Shown here piece after piece: positions 9,720 to 20,166 of a stretch of 32,000 nt of DNA (its first letter is position 1; each line of letters begins with the position of its first letter). The notes beneath the pieces were generated by a model, which was given only the letters and a program-made list of their open reading frames with translations, had not been told where the DNA came from and searched no databases. The stretch is from assembly GCA_029851105.1 (NCBI GenBank), contig CP099822.1:90001-122000 (forward strand), given 5' to 3'. Made by a program: the position numbers and the translations under genes. This stretch comes from Candidatus Saccharimonadota bacterium (GTDB taxonomy: Bacteria; Bacteroidota; Bacteroidia; Flavobacteriales; Blattabacteriaceae).

Positions 9720-9780
9720 TTTTTTTTTTTTTAAAAAAAAATATATTAATATATAAATATAATATAAATAAATATTAAAA

Positions 9781-11704
<1,924 letters not shown>

Positions 11705-11739
11705 TAAAAATTAAATTTTTAAAATATTTTTTTTAAAAG

Positions 11740-11768
11740 GCAATAAAATTTAAATTTTATTGCTTTTT
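11740..11768. terminator. Candidate bidirectional intrinsic terminator between convergent groEL and sufE
   Basis: gcaataaaattt/aaattttattgc is a perfect 24-nt palindrome (11740..11763) with GC-closed ends. AAAA sits upstream and TTTTT (11764..11768) downstream. Pairing extends with one G.T to 11731..11772. It overlaps the sufE stop codon (11757..11759). Confidence 0.5.
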
Positions 11769-12167
11769 AAAATTTAATAAAGCATGATTTTTTATTTTTT
11801 TAATAATTAAAAAAATACCATTATATCTATTAAAAGATAATATTTCAATAAAATTTAATTTTTTAAAAATTTTTATTTTATATTTTATTATTTTTAAAGG
11901 TGTTTTATTATTATAAATATTTATTATTATATATAATATACCATTTATTATATTAGAATCAGATTTACCTTTTAAAGATAATTTATTATTTTTATATTTT
12001 AAATATAACCATACATTAGTTTGACAATTATTTATTAAAAATTTATTTTTAATATATTTATTAGGATATTTTTTAGATATTTTTTTACCTTTTTTATTTA
12101 AAAAATAATAAATATCATTTTTATTTTTTATTTTTTTTAATTTTTTAATTATATAATTTTCAAACAT
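11757..12167 (-). CDS. sufE: SufE-family sulfur acceptor protein
   Basis: 136 aa. INNCQTNVWLYLKYKNNKLSLKGKSDSNIINGILYII...LSFNRYNGI matches SufE/CsdE (GCqSxVWl...g.SDa.I.kGl...lS.sR.nG), including the acceptor Cys. Confidence 0.75.
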   Translation of the reverse strand: MFENYIIKKLKKIKNKNDIYYFLNKKGKKISKKYPNKYIKNKFLINNCQTNVWLYLKYKNNKLSLKGKSDSNIINGILYIIINIYNNKTPLKIIKYKIKIFKKLNFIEILSFNRYNGIFLIIKKIKNHALLNFKKQ

Positions 12168-12204
12168 TTTTTTTTATTTTTATTATTATAATAATATATC
12201 AAAT

Positions 12205-13983
12205 ATGAAAATAGAATATATAAGAAATTTTTGTATAATAGCTCATATAGACCATGGTAAAAGTACTTTAGCTTCTAAATTATTAGAATATACTAATACT
12301 GATAATAAAAAAAAATTATTAGATAATATGGATTTAGAAATAGAAAAAGGTATAACAATTAAAAATCATATTATTCAAATAAAATATAAATTTAAAAATA
12401 AAATTTATTTATTAAATTTAATAGATACTCCTGGTCATGCTGATTTTTCTTATGAAGTATATAAATCAATAATAGCTAGTGAAGGAGCTTTATTATTAAT
12501 AGATATATCAAAAAATATTCAATCTCAAACTATTTCAAATTTAAATTTTGCATTAAAAAAAAAAAAATATATAATTCCTGTTTTAAATAAAATAGATTTA
12601 AATATTAATTATAATAATGTAATAAATGATGTTAAAAAATTATTAAAATGTAATGATAAAGACATATTACATATTAGTGCTAAAAAAGGTATAGGTATAA
12701 ATAAATTAATAAAATTTATTATAGAAAAAATACCTTTTCCTAAAGGAAATAATAAATTACCTTTAAAAGCTTTAATAATTGATTCATATTATGATAATTT
12801 TAAGGGAATAAAAGTTTTTTTTAGAATATTTAATGGTATTTTAAAAAAAAATGATAAAATAAAATTTTTATCTAATAAAAAAATTATTAAAATAGATGAA
12901 TTAGGAGAATTAAATTTAGAAAAAAAAAAATTTAATAAAAAAATATATGCTGGTAATGTAGGTTTTTTTTTATATAAAACAAAAAATTTAGACTTTATAA
13001 AAATAGGTGATACTATTGTATCTAGTAATGATAAAAATATTAAAAATATAATAAAATTAAATATTTTAAAACAAATGGTATTTATAGGAATTTATCCTAT
13101 TGATAATAAAGATTATAAAAATTTAGAAAATGCTATTAAAAAATTAAAACTTAATGATTATTCTTTTTCTTTTTGTAAAGATTTTTCTAATACTTTTGGA
13201 TTTGGATTTAGATGTGGATTTTTAGGTATTTTACATTTTGAAATAATTAAAGAAAGAATATTTAGAGAATACAAAATTAAAATAATTACTACAATACCTA
13301 ATGTAGAATACAAAATATATTTAAAAAATAAAAAAAAAATAAAAATAAATAATCCATTAGATTTACCTAAAAAAAGTGATATTTCTTATATAAAAGAACC
13401 ATATGTAGAAATTATAATTTCAACTTATAGTAAATATATAGGTAAAATTTTATCTTTTTGTTTTAAAAAAAGAGGAATTTTAAAAAATCAAACTTATTTA
13501 TCTTTATCAAAAATAAAATTAAAATTTAATATTCCATTTTGTGAAATAATATTTGATTTTTATAATAAACTTAAATCTTTAACTAAAGGATTTACATTTT
13601 TTAATTATAAATTTATAAATTTTAAAAAATCAAATATAGTTAAAGTAGATATTTATATTAATAATATTATTATAGATAGTTTTTCTTTTTTATCACATAT
13701 TGATAGTGCTTTTAAAAAAGCTAAAAAAATTTGTAAAAAATTAAAAAAATTAATTCCTAAAAAACAATTTAAAATACCTATTCAAGCTTTAATTAATAAT
13801 AAAATAGTAGTTAGAGAAACTATACAAGCATTTAGAAAAGATGTAACTTCAAAATGTTATGGTGGTGATATATCTAGAAAAATGAAATTATTAAATAAAC
13901 AAAAAAAAGGTAAAAAAAAAATGAGTAAGATAGGTAAAATAGATTTACCTCAAAATATTTTTTTATCATTAATTAATATTTAA
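12205..13983 (+). CDS. lepA: Translation elongation factor 4 (LepA)
   Basis: 592 aa. IRNFCIIAHIDHGKSTLASKLLEYT, LIDTPGHADFSYEV and LNKIDL are the GTPase motifs. The C-terminal region ...CYGGDISRKMKLLNKQKKGKKKM is LepA-specific. Confidence 0.95.
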   Translation: MKIEYIRNFCIIAHIDHGKSTLASKLLEYTNTDNKKKLLDNMDLEIEKGITIKNHIIQIKYKFKNKIYLLNLIDTPGHADFSYEVYKSIIASEGALLLIDISKNIQSQTISNLNFALKKKKYIIPVLNKIDLNINYNNVINDVKKLLKCNDKDILHISAKKGIGINKLIKFIIEKIPFPKGNNKLPLKALIIDSYYDNFKGIKVFFRIFNGILKKNDKIKFLSNKKIIKIDELGELNLEKKKFNKKIYAGNVGFFLYKTKNLDFIKIGDTIVSSNDKNIKNIIKLNILKQMVFIGIYPIDNKDYKNLENAIKKLKLNDYSFSFCKDFSNTFGFGFRCGFLGILHFEIIKERIFREYKIKIITTIPNVEYKIYLKNKKKIKINNPLDLPKKSDISYIKEPYVEIIISTYSKYIGKILSFCFKKRGILKNQTYLSLSKIKLKFNIPFCEIIFDFYNKLKSLTKGFTFFNYKFINFKKSNIVKVDIYINNIIIDSFSFLSHIDSAFKKAKKICKKLKKLIPKKQFKIPIQALINNKIVVRETIQAFRKDVTSKCYGGDISRKMKLLNKQKKGKKKMSKIGKIDLPQNIFLSLINI

Positions 13984-14022
13984 TTTTAATTAATATTAAA
14001 TATTATTTAATATTATTTTATT

Positions 14023-14104
14023 GGAGAGTTGCCGGAGTGGTTTAACGGAACAGTTTGCTAAACTGTCAGCTTTAGCTACATGGGTTCAAATCCCATACTC
14101 TCCG
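14023..14104 (+). tRNA. tRNA-Ser (anticodon GCU)
   Basis: Folded by hand. Acceptor is ggagagt/actctcc plus discriminator g. The anticodon stem acagt/actgt carries loop ttGCTaa. There is a long variable arm (cagctttagctac), and the T arm is atggg-ttcaaat-cccat. No encoded CCA. Confidence 0.9.
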
Positions 14105-14168
14105 TATTATTTATATTTAAAATAATTATATTAATATTATATATTAATATTAATATATAATTATAGTA

Positions 14169-14244
14169 CGGGGTATAGCGTAGTCTGGTTTATCGCGCCT
14201 GGTTTGGGACCAGGAGAACACAAGTTCAAATCTTGTTACCCCGA
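14169..14244 (+). tRNA. tRNA-Pro (anticodon UGG)
   Basis: Acceptor is cggggta/taccccg plus a. The anticodon stem cctgg/ccagg carries loop ttTGGga. The T arm is acaag-ttcaaat-cttgt. No encoded CCA. Confidence 0.9.
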
Positions 14245-14266
14245 TAATTTAGTTTATTTTAATTTT

Positions 14267-14340
14267 GATCACGTAGCTCAGATGGATAGAGCAACTGCCT
14301 TCTAAGCAGTTGGTCACAGGTTCGAATCCTGTCGTGATCA
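14267..14340 (+). tRNA. tRNA-Arg (anticodon UCU)
   Basis: Acceptor is gatcacg/cgtgatc plus a, and the D arm is gctc-agatggata-gagc. The anticodon stem actgc/gcagt carries loop ctTCTaa. The T arm is acagg-ttcgaat-cctgt. It reads AGA, the dominant Arg codon in these CDSs. No encoded CCA. Confidence 0.92.
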
Positions 14341-14356
14341 TTTTTTTTAAAAAAAA

Positions 14357-14758
14357 ATGAAAAATATTATTAATAAAAAAGCATTTTATGATTATTATTT
14401 AATAAATAAATTTAATGCTGGTCTAGTTTTATCAGGTAAATTAGTAAAATTAATTAGATTAAATAAAATTAATATTAATAATACATATTGTAAAATTATT
14501 AATAATGAAATTTTTATTTTAAATTTTAATAAAAAAAAAATAAAATTATTATTAACTAAAAAAGAAATTTATAAAATAAATCAAAAATTAAAATTTAATA
14601 ATAATTATACTATTATACCTACTAAAATTTTTTTTTCTATTAATGGATATGTTAAAATAGAAATTTATATTTCTAAAAAAAAAAAAATTTATGATAAAAA
14701 AAAAATATTTAAAAAAAAAGAAGAAATGGAAAGAAAAAAATTAAAAAAATATTATTAA
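14357..14758 (+). CDS. smpB: SsrA-binding protein SmpB
   Basis: 133 aa. NKKAFYDYYLINKFNAGLVLSGKLVKLIR matches NrKAxhdYxixexxEAGixLxGxEVKSlR. The C-terminal tail is basic. Confidence 0.85.
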   Translation: MKNIINKKAFYDYYLINKFNAGLVLSGKLVKLIRLNKININNTYCKIINNEIFILNFNKKKIKLLLTKKEIYKINQKLKFNNNYTIIPTKIFFSINGYVKIEIYISKKKKIYDKKKIFKKKEEMERKKLKKYY

Positions 14759-14793
14759 TATTAATTTAAATTAATATTAATAATATTTTTTTA
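14742..14793. terminator. 52-nt perfect A/T-only palindrome (26-nt arms); candidate bidirectional terminator between convergent smpB and the DAHPS/CM gene
   Basis: The left arm is taaaaaaatattattaatattaattt (14742..14767). Its exact reverse complement is aaattaatattaataatattttttta (14768..14793). The layout is A7 - 18-nt arm | 18-nt arm - T7. It covers the last 17 nt of smpB and ends 5 nt before the DAHPS/CM stop codon. Confidence 0.45.
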
Positions 14794-14798
14794 TTTAT

Positions 14799-15863
14799 TT
14801 AAATTTTATTTTGTATTTCTAAAGATTTTTTATGTATTTCATCAAAAATTATTTGTATAAATGAATCATCTAAATTTAATTTTTTACTTATTAATTTATA
14901 ATTTTCTTTTATTTTTTTCATTATTTCTTTTTGTAAAATTTCTATTTTATATTTTTTTTTAATTTTACCTATTTCTAAAGAAGAAATAAATCTTTTACTT
15001 AATAAATGTAAAATATTTTCATCTATTTCTTTTATATTATTTCTATGAATATTAATATTTTTAATATATTTTTTTTGATTTTTTTTATTTAATAAAATTT
15101 TATTTAAAATATTTGTTAATTCATTAGGAGTAATTTGTTGTTGAGAATCACTTAATGCTTTTTTAGGATTATTATGAGTTTCAATCATTAATCCATCATA
15201 ACCAAATTCTATAGCTTTTTTAGATATTTCATAAATATTTTCAGTATTACCAGATATATGAGAAGGATCACATATTATAGGAATATTAGGATATTTTTTT
15301 TTAAAATTTAACATTTCTAACCAACATGGTAAATTTCTATATTTACAACTTTTATATATAGAAAAACCTCTATGAATAATACCTATATTTTTAATATTAT
15401 TTTTTACTAATCTTTCTAAAGCACCAATTAATAATTCCATATCTAAATTAATTGGGTTTTTAATTAAAACTATATTTTTATAATTTTTTAAATTATCTGC
15501 TATTTCTTGGATTGTAAAAGGACTACAAGTACTTCTAGCACCTATCCATATTATATCAATTTTATTTTTTAAAGCAATATTTACATGATTTTTATTAGCT
15601 ACTTCAGTTGCTAATAATAAATTAGTTTCTTTTTTAGCTTTTAACATCCATTTTAATCCTATTTCACCTACTCCTTCAAACATACCAGGTTTTGTTCTAG
15701 GTTTCCATATACCTGCTCTTAATACTTCTACATAAGATTTATTTAAATCTTTAGCAATTTTTATTAATTGTTCTTCACTTTCAGCACTACATGGTCCTGA
15801 TATTACTAATGGATAAGAAAATTTTTTTATCCAATTGTTTTTTATTTTTTTTAATAAATCCAT
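14799..15863 (-). CDS. Bifunctional 3-deoxy-7-phosphoheptulonate (DAHP) synthase (type I-beta) / chorismate mutase
   Basis: 354 aa. PLVISGPCSAESEEQ, LRAGIWKPRTKPGMFEGVG, IWIGARS, ICDPSH and GLMIETHNNP form the DAHPS/KDO8PS-like core. The C-terminal ~90 aa (IKEIDENILHLLSKRFISSLEIGKIKKK...) look like an AroQ chorismate mutase domain. Confidence 0.88.
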   Translation of the reverse strand: MDLLKKIKNNWIKKFSYPLVISGPCSAESEEQLIKIAKDLNKSYVEVLRAGIWKPRTKPGMFEGVGEIGLKWMLKAKKETNLLLATEVANKNHVNIALKNKIDIIWIGARSTCSPFTIQEIADNLKNYKNIVLIKNPINLDMELLIGALERLVKNNIKNIGIIHRGFSIYKSCKYRNLPCWLEMLNFKKKYPNIPIICDPSHISGNTENIYEISKKAIEFGYDGLMIETHNNPKKALSDSQQQITPNELTNILNKILLNKKNQKKYIKNINIHRNNIKEIDENILHLLSKRFISSLEIGKIKKKYKIEILQKEIMKKIKENYKLISKKLNLDDSFIQIIFDEIHKKSLEIQNKI

Positions 15864-15907
15864 TTTTAATATTTTTATAATTGTTTATTATAATATAATA
15901 TATTTTA

Positions 15908-16348
15908 TTAATAATCTATAATTAATTTACCTTTTATATGATCATATTCATGTTGAAAAATTATTGATAAATCTTTTTTTATTTTTTTATTATGTTTTTT
16001 CCATTTATAATCATAATATTTAGCTAATATATATTTTTTTCTTTTTAAAATTTTATTAAAATTAGGTAAACTTAAACAACCTTCTTTACTAAATACTTTT
16101 TTAGTACTATATTTTTCTATTTTAGAATTTATAAAAACCATTTTTTTATTATTAATACCTATTATAAATAAATTTATATTAATACCTATTTGAGGGGCCG
16201 ATAATCCTATACCATTATTAAAAATCATAGTTTCAAACATATCATTAATAATATTATTAATATTAATATGTTTTTTAACATTATAATTTTTATTTCTTAA
16301 TATTTTTTTATTTTTTTTATTATTATATAATATTATAGGTAATATCAT
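15908..16348 (-). CDS. def: Peptide deformylase
   Basis: 146 aa. All three PDF motifs are present: GIGLSAPQIG, EGCLSLP and QHEYDHIKG. Confidence 0.93.
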   Translation of the reverse strand: MILPIILYNNKKNKKILRNKNYNVKKHININNIINDMFETMIFNNGIGLSAPQIGININLFIIGINNKKMVFINSKIEKYSTKKVFSKEGCLSLPNFNKILKRKKYILAKYYDYKWKKHNKKIKKDLSIIFQHEYDHIKGKLIIDY

Positions 16349-16388
16349 TTTTCTTAAAAAAATTATTATAATATAATTTATTTAAATT

Positions 16389-17783
16389 ATGATTAAAAAA
16401 TTAAATAAAATTTTATTTAAAGAAAAAATTTTTTTTTATATATCTATAATAAGTAAAAAATTAAAATATAAAACTTATTTAATAGGTGGATATGTAAGAA
16501 ATTATTTTTTATATAAAAAAAAATCTTTTGATATAGATATAGTAACTACAGGGAATAGCATTAAATTAGCTAAATTTTTTGCTAAAAAAATATTATCTAA
16601 AAATATTTTTTTTTTTAAGAGATTTAAAACAGCTATTGTAAAATATAAAAATTATAATATAGAATTTGTAAGTACTAGAAAAGAATATTATAATATATAC
16701 AATAATAAACCCAAAGTTAAAATTTATAAATCTATTATAGAAGACCAAAATAGAAGAGATTTTACAATTAATTCTATAGCTGTAAGTTTAAATATTAATA
16801 GTTATGGTAAAATAATAGATACATTTAATGGATTAAATGATTTAAAAAAAAAAATAATTAAAACCCCTATTAATCCTAATAAAACTTTTTATGATGATCC
16901 ATTAAGAATGATAAGAGCTATAAGATTTTCTTCTCAACTTAATTTTAAGTTAAAAAAAAATTTAAGAAAATCTATAATAGAAAATATAGATAGAATTAGA
17001 ATAGTATCAATAGAAAGAATAATTCAAGAATTTAATAAAATATTATTATCTAAAAAACCTTCTATTGGTTTAAAATTAATGTTAAATTTTGGTTTTTTAT
17101 CTATTATATTACCTGAATTTATACCTTTTAAAAATAAATTTAAAAAATTTTTTTATAAAAATATTTTTATACATACACTAAAAGTATTAGATAATATTAA
17201 TACTAATAATTTATGGTTAAAATGGGCAACATTATTACAAGAAATAGGTAAACCTATATGTAGAAAATACATTAGAAAAAAAGGTTGGAAATTTAAATTA
17301 TATGAAATAGTAAGTTATAATATGGTACCTAAAATATTTTTTAGATTAAAATTACCTCTTAATAAAAATATGAAATATGTACAAAATGTTATATTTTATA
17401 ATAGATTTTTTATTAAAATTTTTAAAAAAAAAAATAAAAAATATATAATAAAAAAAATTTTTTTAAAATTAGATTTTAAAATAATAAAAGATATATTAAA
17501 ATTATGTTATTCTAATATAATTATAAATAATAATAAAAAAAATAAAAAAAAATTTAATAAATTATTATTAATAATAAAAAAAATTAAAAAAAAAAATATA
17601 GATAAAATTAAATTATATGTTAATGGGAATAATATAATGAAAATTTTAAATATTAATTCTTGTAAAAGAGTAGGTATTATTAAAAATAAAATTATTAATT
17701 TAATAATTAAAAAAAAAATAAATAATAAAAATATAAATAATACAATTATAAATATAAATAAAAAATTAAATGAAAAAAAATAA
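16389..17783 (+). CDS. cca: tRNA nucleotidyltransferase (CCA-adding enzyme / PcnB family) with a degenerate C-terminal HD region
   Basis: 464 aa. LIGGYVRNYFL...SFDIDIVT (GGxVRD...DxD), RRDFTINSIA and DDPLRMIRAIRFSSQL are head-domain motifs. The usual LLHDIGKP reads LLQEIGKP. Confidence 0.85.
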   Translation: MIKKLNKILFKEKIFFYISIISKKLKYKTYLIGGYVRNYFLYKKKSFDIDIVTTGNSIKLAKFFAKKILSKNIFFFKRFKTAIVKYKNYNIEFVSTRKEYYNIYNNKPKVKIYKSIIEDQNRRDFTINSIAVSLNINSYGKIIDTFNGLNDLKKKIIKTPINPNKTFYDDPLRMIRAIRFSSQLNFKLKKNLRKSIIENIDRIRIVSIERIIQEFNKILLSKKPSIGLKLMLNFGFLSIILPEFIPFKNKFKKFFYKNIFIHTLKVLDNINTNNLWLKWATLLQEIGKPICRKYIRKKGWKFKLYEIVSYNMVPKIFFRLKLPLNKNMKYVQNVIFYNRFFIKIFKKKNKKYIIKKIFLKLDFKIIKDILKLCYSNIIINNNKKNKKKFNKLLLIIKKIKKKNIDKIKLYVNGNNIMKILNINSCKRVGIIKNKIINLIIKKKINNKNINNTIININKKLNEKK

Positions 17784-19416
17784 AATAAATATTTTATCTG
17801 AAAAAATATTAAAAAAAATTTTTTATGAAGTTACTATTAATGATTATTCTTCTATAATTAAAGAATTAGTAGAAAATTCTATAGATGCTAATTCTAAAAA
17901 TATATCTATATATATAGAAAATTATAATTATAGTTTTACTGTAGTAGACGATGGTATTGGTATGTCTTATGATGATCTAATAATTTGTTTTTTAAAAGGT
18001 ACTACTTCTAAAATTAAAAAAGAAAAAGATTTATTAAATATTAAAACTATAGGTTATAGAGGAAATGCTTTATATTCTATATCTAATATATCTATTATGG
18101 AAATAATAACAAAAATTAAAAATAATAAATTAGGTTATAAATTAATAATAGAATATGGTAAAATAATAAAAAAAATACCTTTTTTTTGTAATAAAGGTAC
18201 TTCTTTTACTGTTAATAATATTTTTTTAAATTTAAAAAATAAAAAAAATTTTTTATCTTCTAATAAATTAGAATATAATAAAATATTAAATATTTTATAT
18301 AAAATAATTATATGTTATAATAATATAAATTTTAAATTATTTCATAATAATAAATTAATTTTTAATTATAATAAATCTAATTTAGAAAAAAGAATTTATA
18401 ATGTTTTTTTTAAAAAAAAAAAATATAATAAAAATATATTTTTTTTTAAAAAAAAAAAATATAAAAAATTAACTATTAAAATTTTAATTTTTAATAAAAA
18501 AAATATTAAAAAAAAATTAAATTTTATTTTTGTTAATAAAAAATTTATTATTAATAATAATTATTATTTAATAATAAATAAATTTTTATTAAAATATAAT
18601 AAAAAAAAAATTAATTATTTTTTTTTTATTAAAATAAATAATAAATATATTAATATAAATATTTTACCTGATAAAACAAAAATAATTTTTAATAAAAAAA
18701 TAAAAATTAATAAAATAATTATTAATTTTTTAAAAGAATTAATTAATAAAAATTATTTTTTAAATAAAAAATATTTTAAAAAATTTTTTAAAAAAAAAGA
18801 AAAAAATAAAAAAAAAAAAAAAATTTATAATATTAAAGAATTAAATTATATTAATAATTTTTTTTTAAATTTTAAAGAAAAAAAAATACATATATCTAAA
18901 ATTGATAAAAATTATATTTTAATTATTAATAATAATAATAATATTATTATTAATATAAAAAGAATAAAAGAAAAGATATTATATAATTTTTATAAAAAAA
19001 AAATTTTTTTTATAAAAAAAAAACCTTTATTAAAATCATTTAAAATTAATTTACCTTATTTTTTTTTAAAAAAAGATAAAATAAAATTAAAAAAATTAAT
19101 TAAAAAATATTTTATTTTTTTTTATAAAAAAAAAAAATTATATATTAAATATATACCTTTATTATTAAATAATAATTTTTTAATTAAAATTTTTAATATT
19201 ATTTTTTTATTTTTTAAAAAAAAAAAATTTAAAAAATTTAATATAAAAAAAATATTATTATTTTTTTTCATAAAAAAAAAAAAAATAAAAAAAATAAAAA
19301 TTAATAATAATAATATTAAAAATATTTTATTAAAAATAATAAAATATAAAAATTTTTATATTTCTCCTAAAAAAAAAAAAATATTTTTTTTAATAAAAAA
19401 AAAATTATTTAAATAG
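17770..19416 (+). CDS. mutL: DNA mismatch repair protein MutL homolog; N-terminal GHKL ATPase recognisable, C-terminal half low-complexity
   Basis: 548 aa. IIKELVENSIDA, VVDDGIGM, GYRGNALYSIS and KGTSFTV are GHKL motifs I-IV. The rest is about 60% K/N/I/F. Overlaps cca by 14 nt. This is the only TAG stop in the window (19414..19416). Confidence 0.8.
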   Translation: MKKNKINILSEKILKKIFYEVTINDYSSIIKELVENSIDANSKNISIYIENYNYSFTVVDDGIGMSYDDLIICFLKGTTSKIKKEKDLLNIKTIGYRGNALYSISNISIMEIITKIKNNKLGYKLIIEYGKIIKKIPFFCNKGTSFTVNNIFLNLKNKKNFLSSNKLEYNKILNILYKIIICYNNINFKLFHNNKLIFNYNKSNLEKRIYNVFFKKKKYNKNIFFFKKKKYKKLTIKILIFNKKNIKKKLNFIFVNKKFIINNNYYLIINKFLLKYNKKKINYFFFIKINNKYININILPDKTKIIFNKKIKINKIIINFLKELINKNYFLNKKYFKKFFKKKEKNKKKKKIYNIKELNYINNFFLNFKEKKIHISKIDKNYILIINNNNNIIINIKRIKEKILYNFYKKKIFFIKKKPLLKSFKINLPYFFLKKDKIKLKKLIKKYFIFFYKKKKLYIKYIPLLLNNNFLIKIFNIIFLFFKKKKFKKFNIKKILLFFFIKKKKIKKIKINNNNIKNILLKIIKYKNFYISPKKKKIFFLIKKKLFK

Positions 19417-20002
19417 GTATATATATAATTTTTTTTTTTAAAAAAAAATTATTTTTAAAATATTTTTTTAAATAAAGAATTTTAAAATTTTTAATTTTTT
19501 TTATATTTTTTTTATTTTCTCCTGTAAGATATATAATTCCATTATTGATATAATGTATTGATTTTTTTTTAATATTTTTTTTAAATATATAATATATATT
19601 ATTAATATTAGAAAAATATCTACTTATTAAAAAATCAAATTTTATATAAAAATTTTCTATTCTAGAATTAATTAATTTAATATTTTTTAATTTTAATTTT
19701 TTTATTATTTTTTTTAAAAAAAATATTTTTTTTTTTTTAGAATCTAATAAATAAAAATTAGTTTTTTTAAAAAAAATTGAAAGAGGTATACCAGGAAAAC
19801 CCCCTCCTGTTCCTACATCCAATATTTTACTATTAGGTAAAAATTTAATTAAATTAATTATTGATAGTGAATATTTTATATGATTATTTATAAAACTATT
19901 AAAACTATTTTTAGATATTAAATTTATTTTTTTATTTAAAAAAAAATATATTTTTTTTAATTTTAATATTTTTTTTAATTGTTTTTTATTTAAAAAAATC
20001 AT
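19409..20002 (-). CDS. rsmG: 16S rRNA (guanine527-N7)-methyltransferase RsmG (GidB)
   Basis: ILDVGTGGGFPGIPLSIFF is the SAM-binding motif, and size and layout fit RsmG. I moved the start to ATG 20002..20000 (MIFLNKKQ...). The ORF-track start at 20038 lies inside the tRNA-His gene. Confidence 0.85.
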   Translation of the reverse strand: MIFLNKKQLKKILKLKKIYFFLNKKINLISKNSFNSFINNHIKYSLSIINLIKFLPNSKILDVGTGGGFPGIPLSIFFKKTNFYLLDSKKKKIFFLKKIIKKLKLKNIKLINSRIENFYIKFDFLISRYFSNINNIYYIFKKNIKKKSIHYINNGIIYLTGENKKNIKKIKNFKILYLKKYFKNNFFLKKKIIYIPI

Positions 20003-20011
20003 AATAAAATG

Positions 20012-20087
20012 GGTAGACGACTGGATTTGAACCAGCAACCATCAGAATCACAATCTGATACTCTTACCAAATTGAGCTACGCCTACC
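20012..20087 (-). tRNA. tRNA-His (anticodon GUG) with encoded G-1
   Basis: The reverse complement reads g-gtaggcg-ta-gctc...; the anticodon stem tcaga/tctga carries loop ttGTGat. The T arm is gctgg-ttcaaat-ccagt. The acceptor 3' strand is cgtctac plus discriminator c, which can pair with the extra 5' G (G-1), the tRNA-His hallmark. No encoded CCA. Confidence 0.88.
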
Positions 20088-20166
20088 ATTATTAATTAAT
20101 AATTAAATATTTTTTTTATATTTTATATTATAAATATAATATTTTATTTTTAAAAAAAAAAATAAT

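Noticed and set aside
9720-9780. Searched upstream of groES for a heat-shock operator (CIRCE, TTAGCACTC-N9-GAGTGCTAA) or a recognisable promoter
   Set aside because: The 61-nt leader is pure A/T with no CIRCE-like inverted repeat. -35/-10 or Bacteroidota-type TAnnTTTG boxes cannot be told apart from background at this composition.
13991-14015. Short A/T-only hairpins and palindromes: 13991..14015 after lepA, 14123..14161 between tRNA-Ser and tRNA-Pro, 30711..30724 between proS and htpG, 1642..1655 at the gap/HsdR_N overlap, 27772..27790 between the OMT gene and cysS
   Set aside because: Stems of 7-15 A-T pairs, some with bulges, are expected many times by chance in 32 kb of essentially two-letter sequence. 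They could act as terminators or processing sites, but the sequence alone does not support calling them.
20003-20038. First 12 codons (MLVQIQSSTHFI) of the tracked rsmG ORF
   Set aside because: These codons are the reverse complement of the 3' part of the tRNA-His gene (20012..20087). The next Met (ATG 20002..20000) gives a normal RsmG N-terminus, so the longer start is an ORF-calling artefact.
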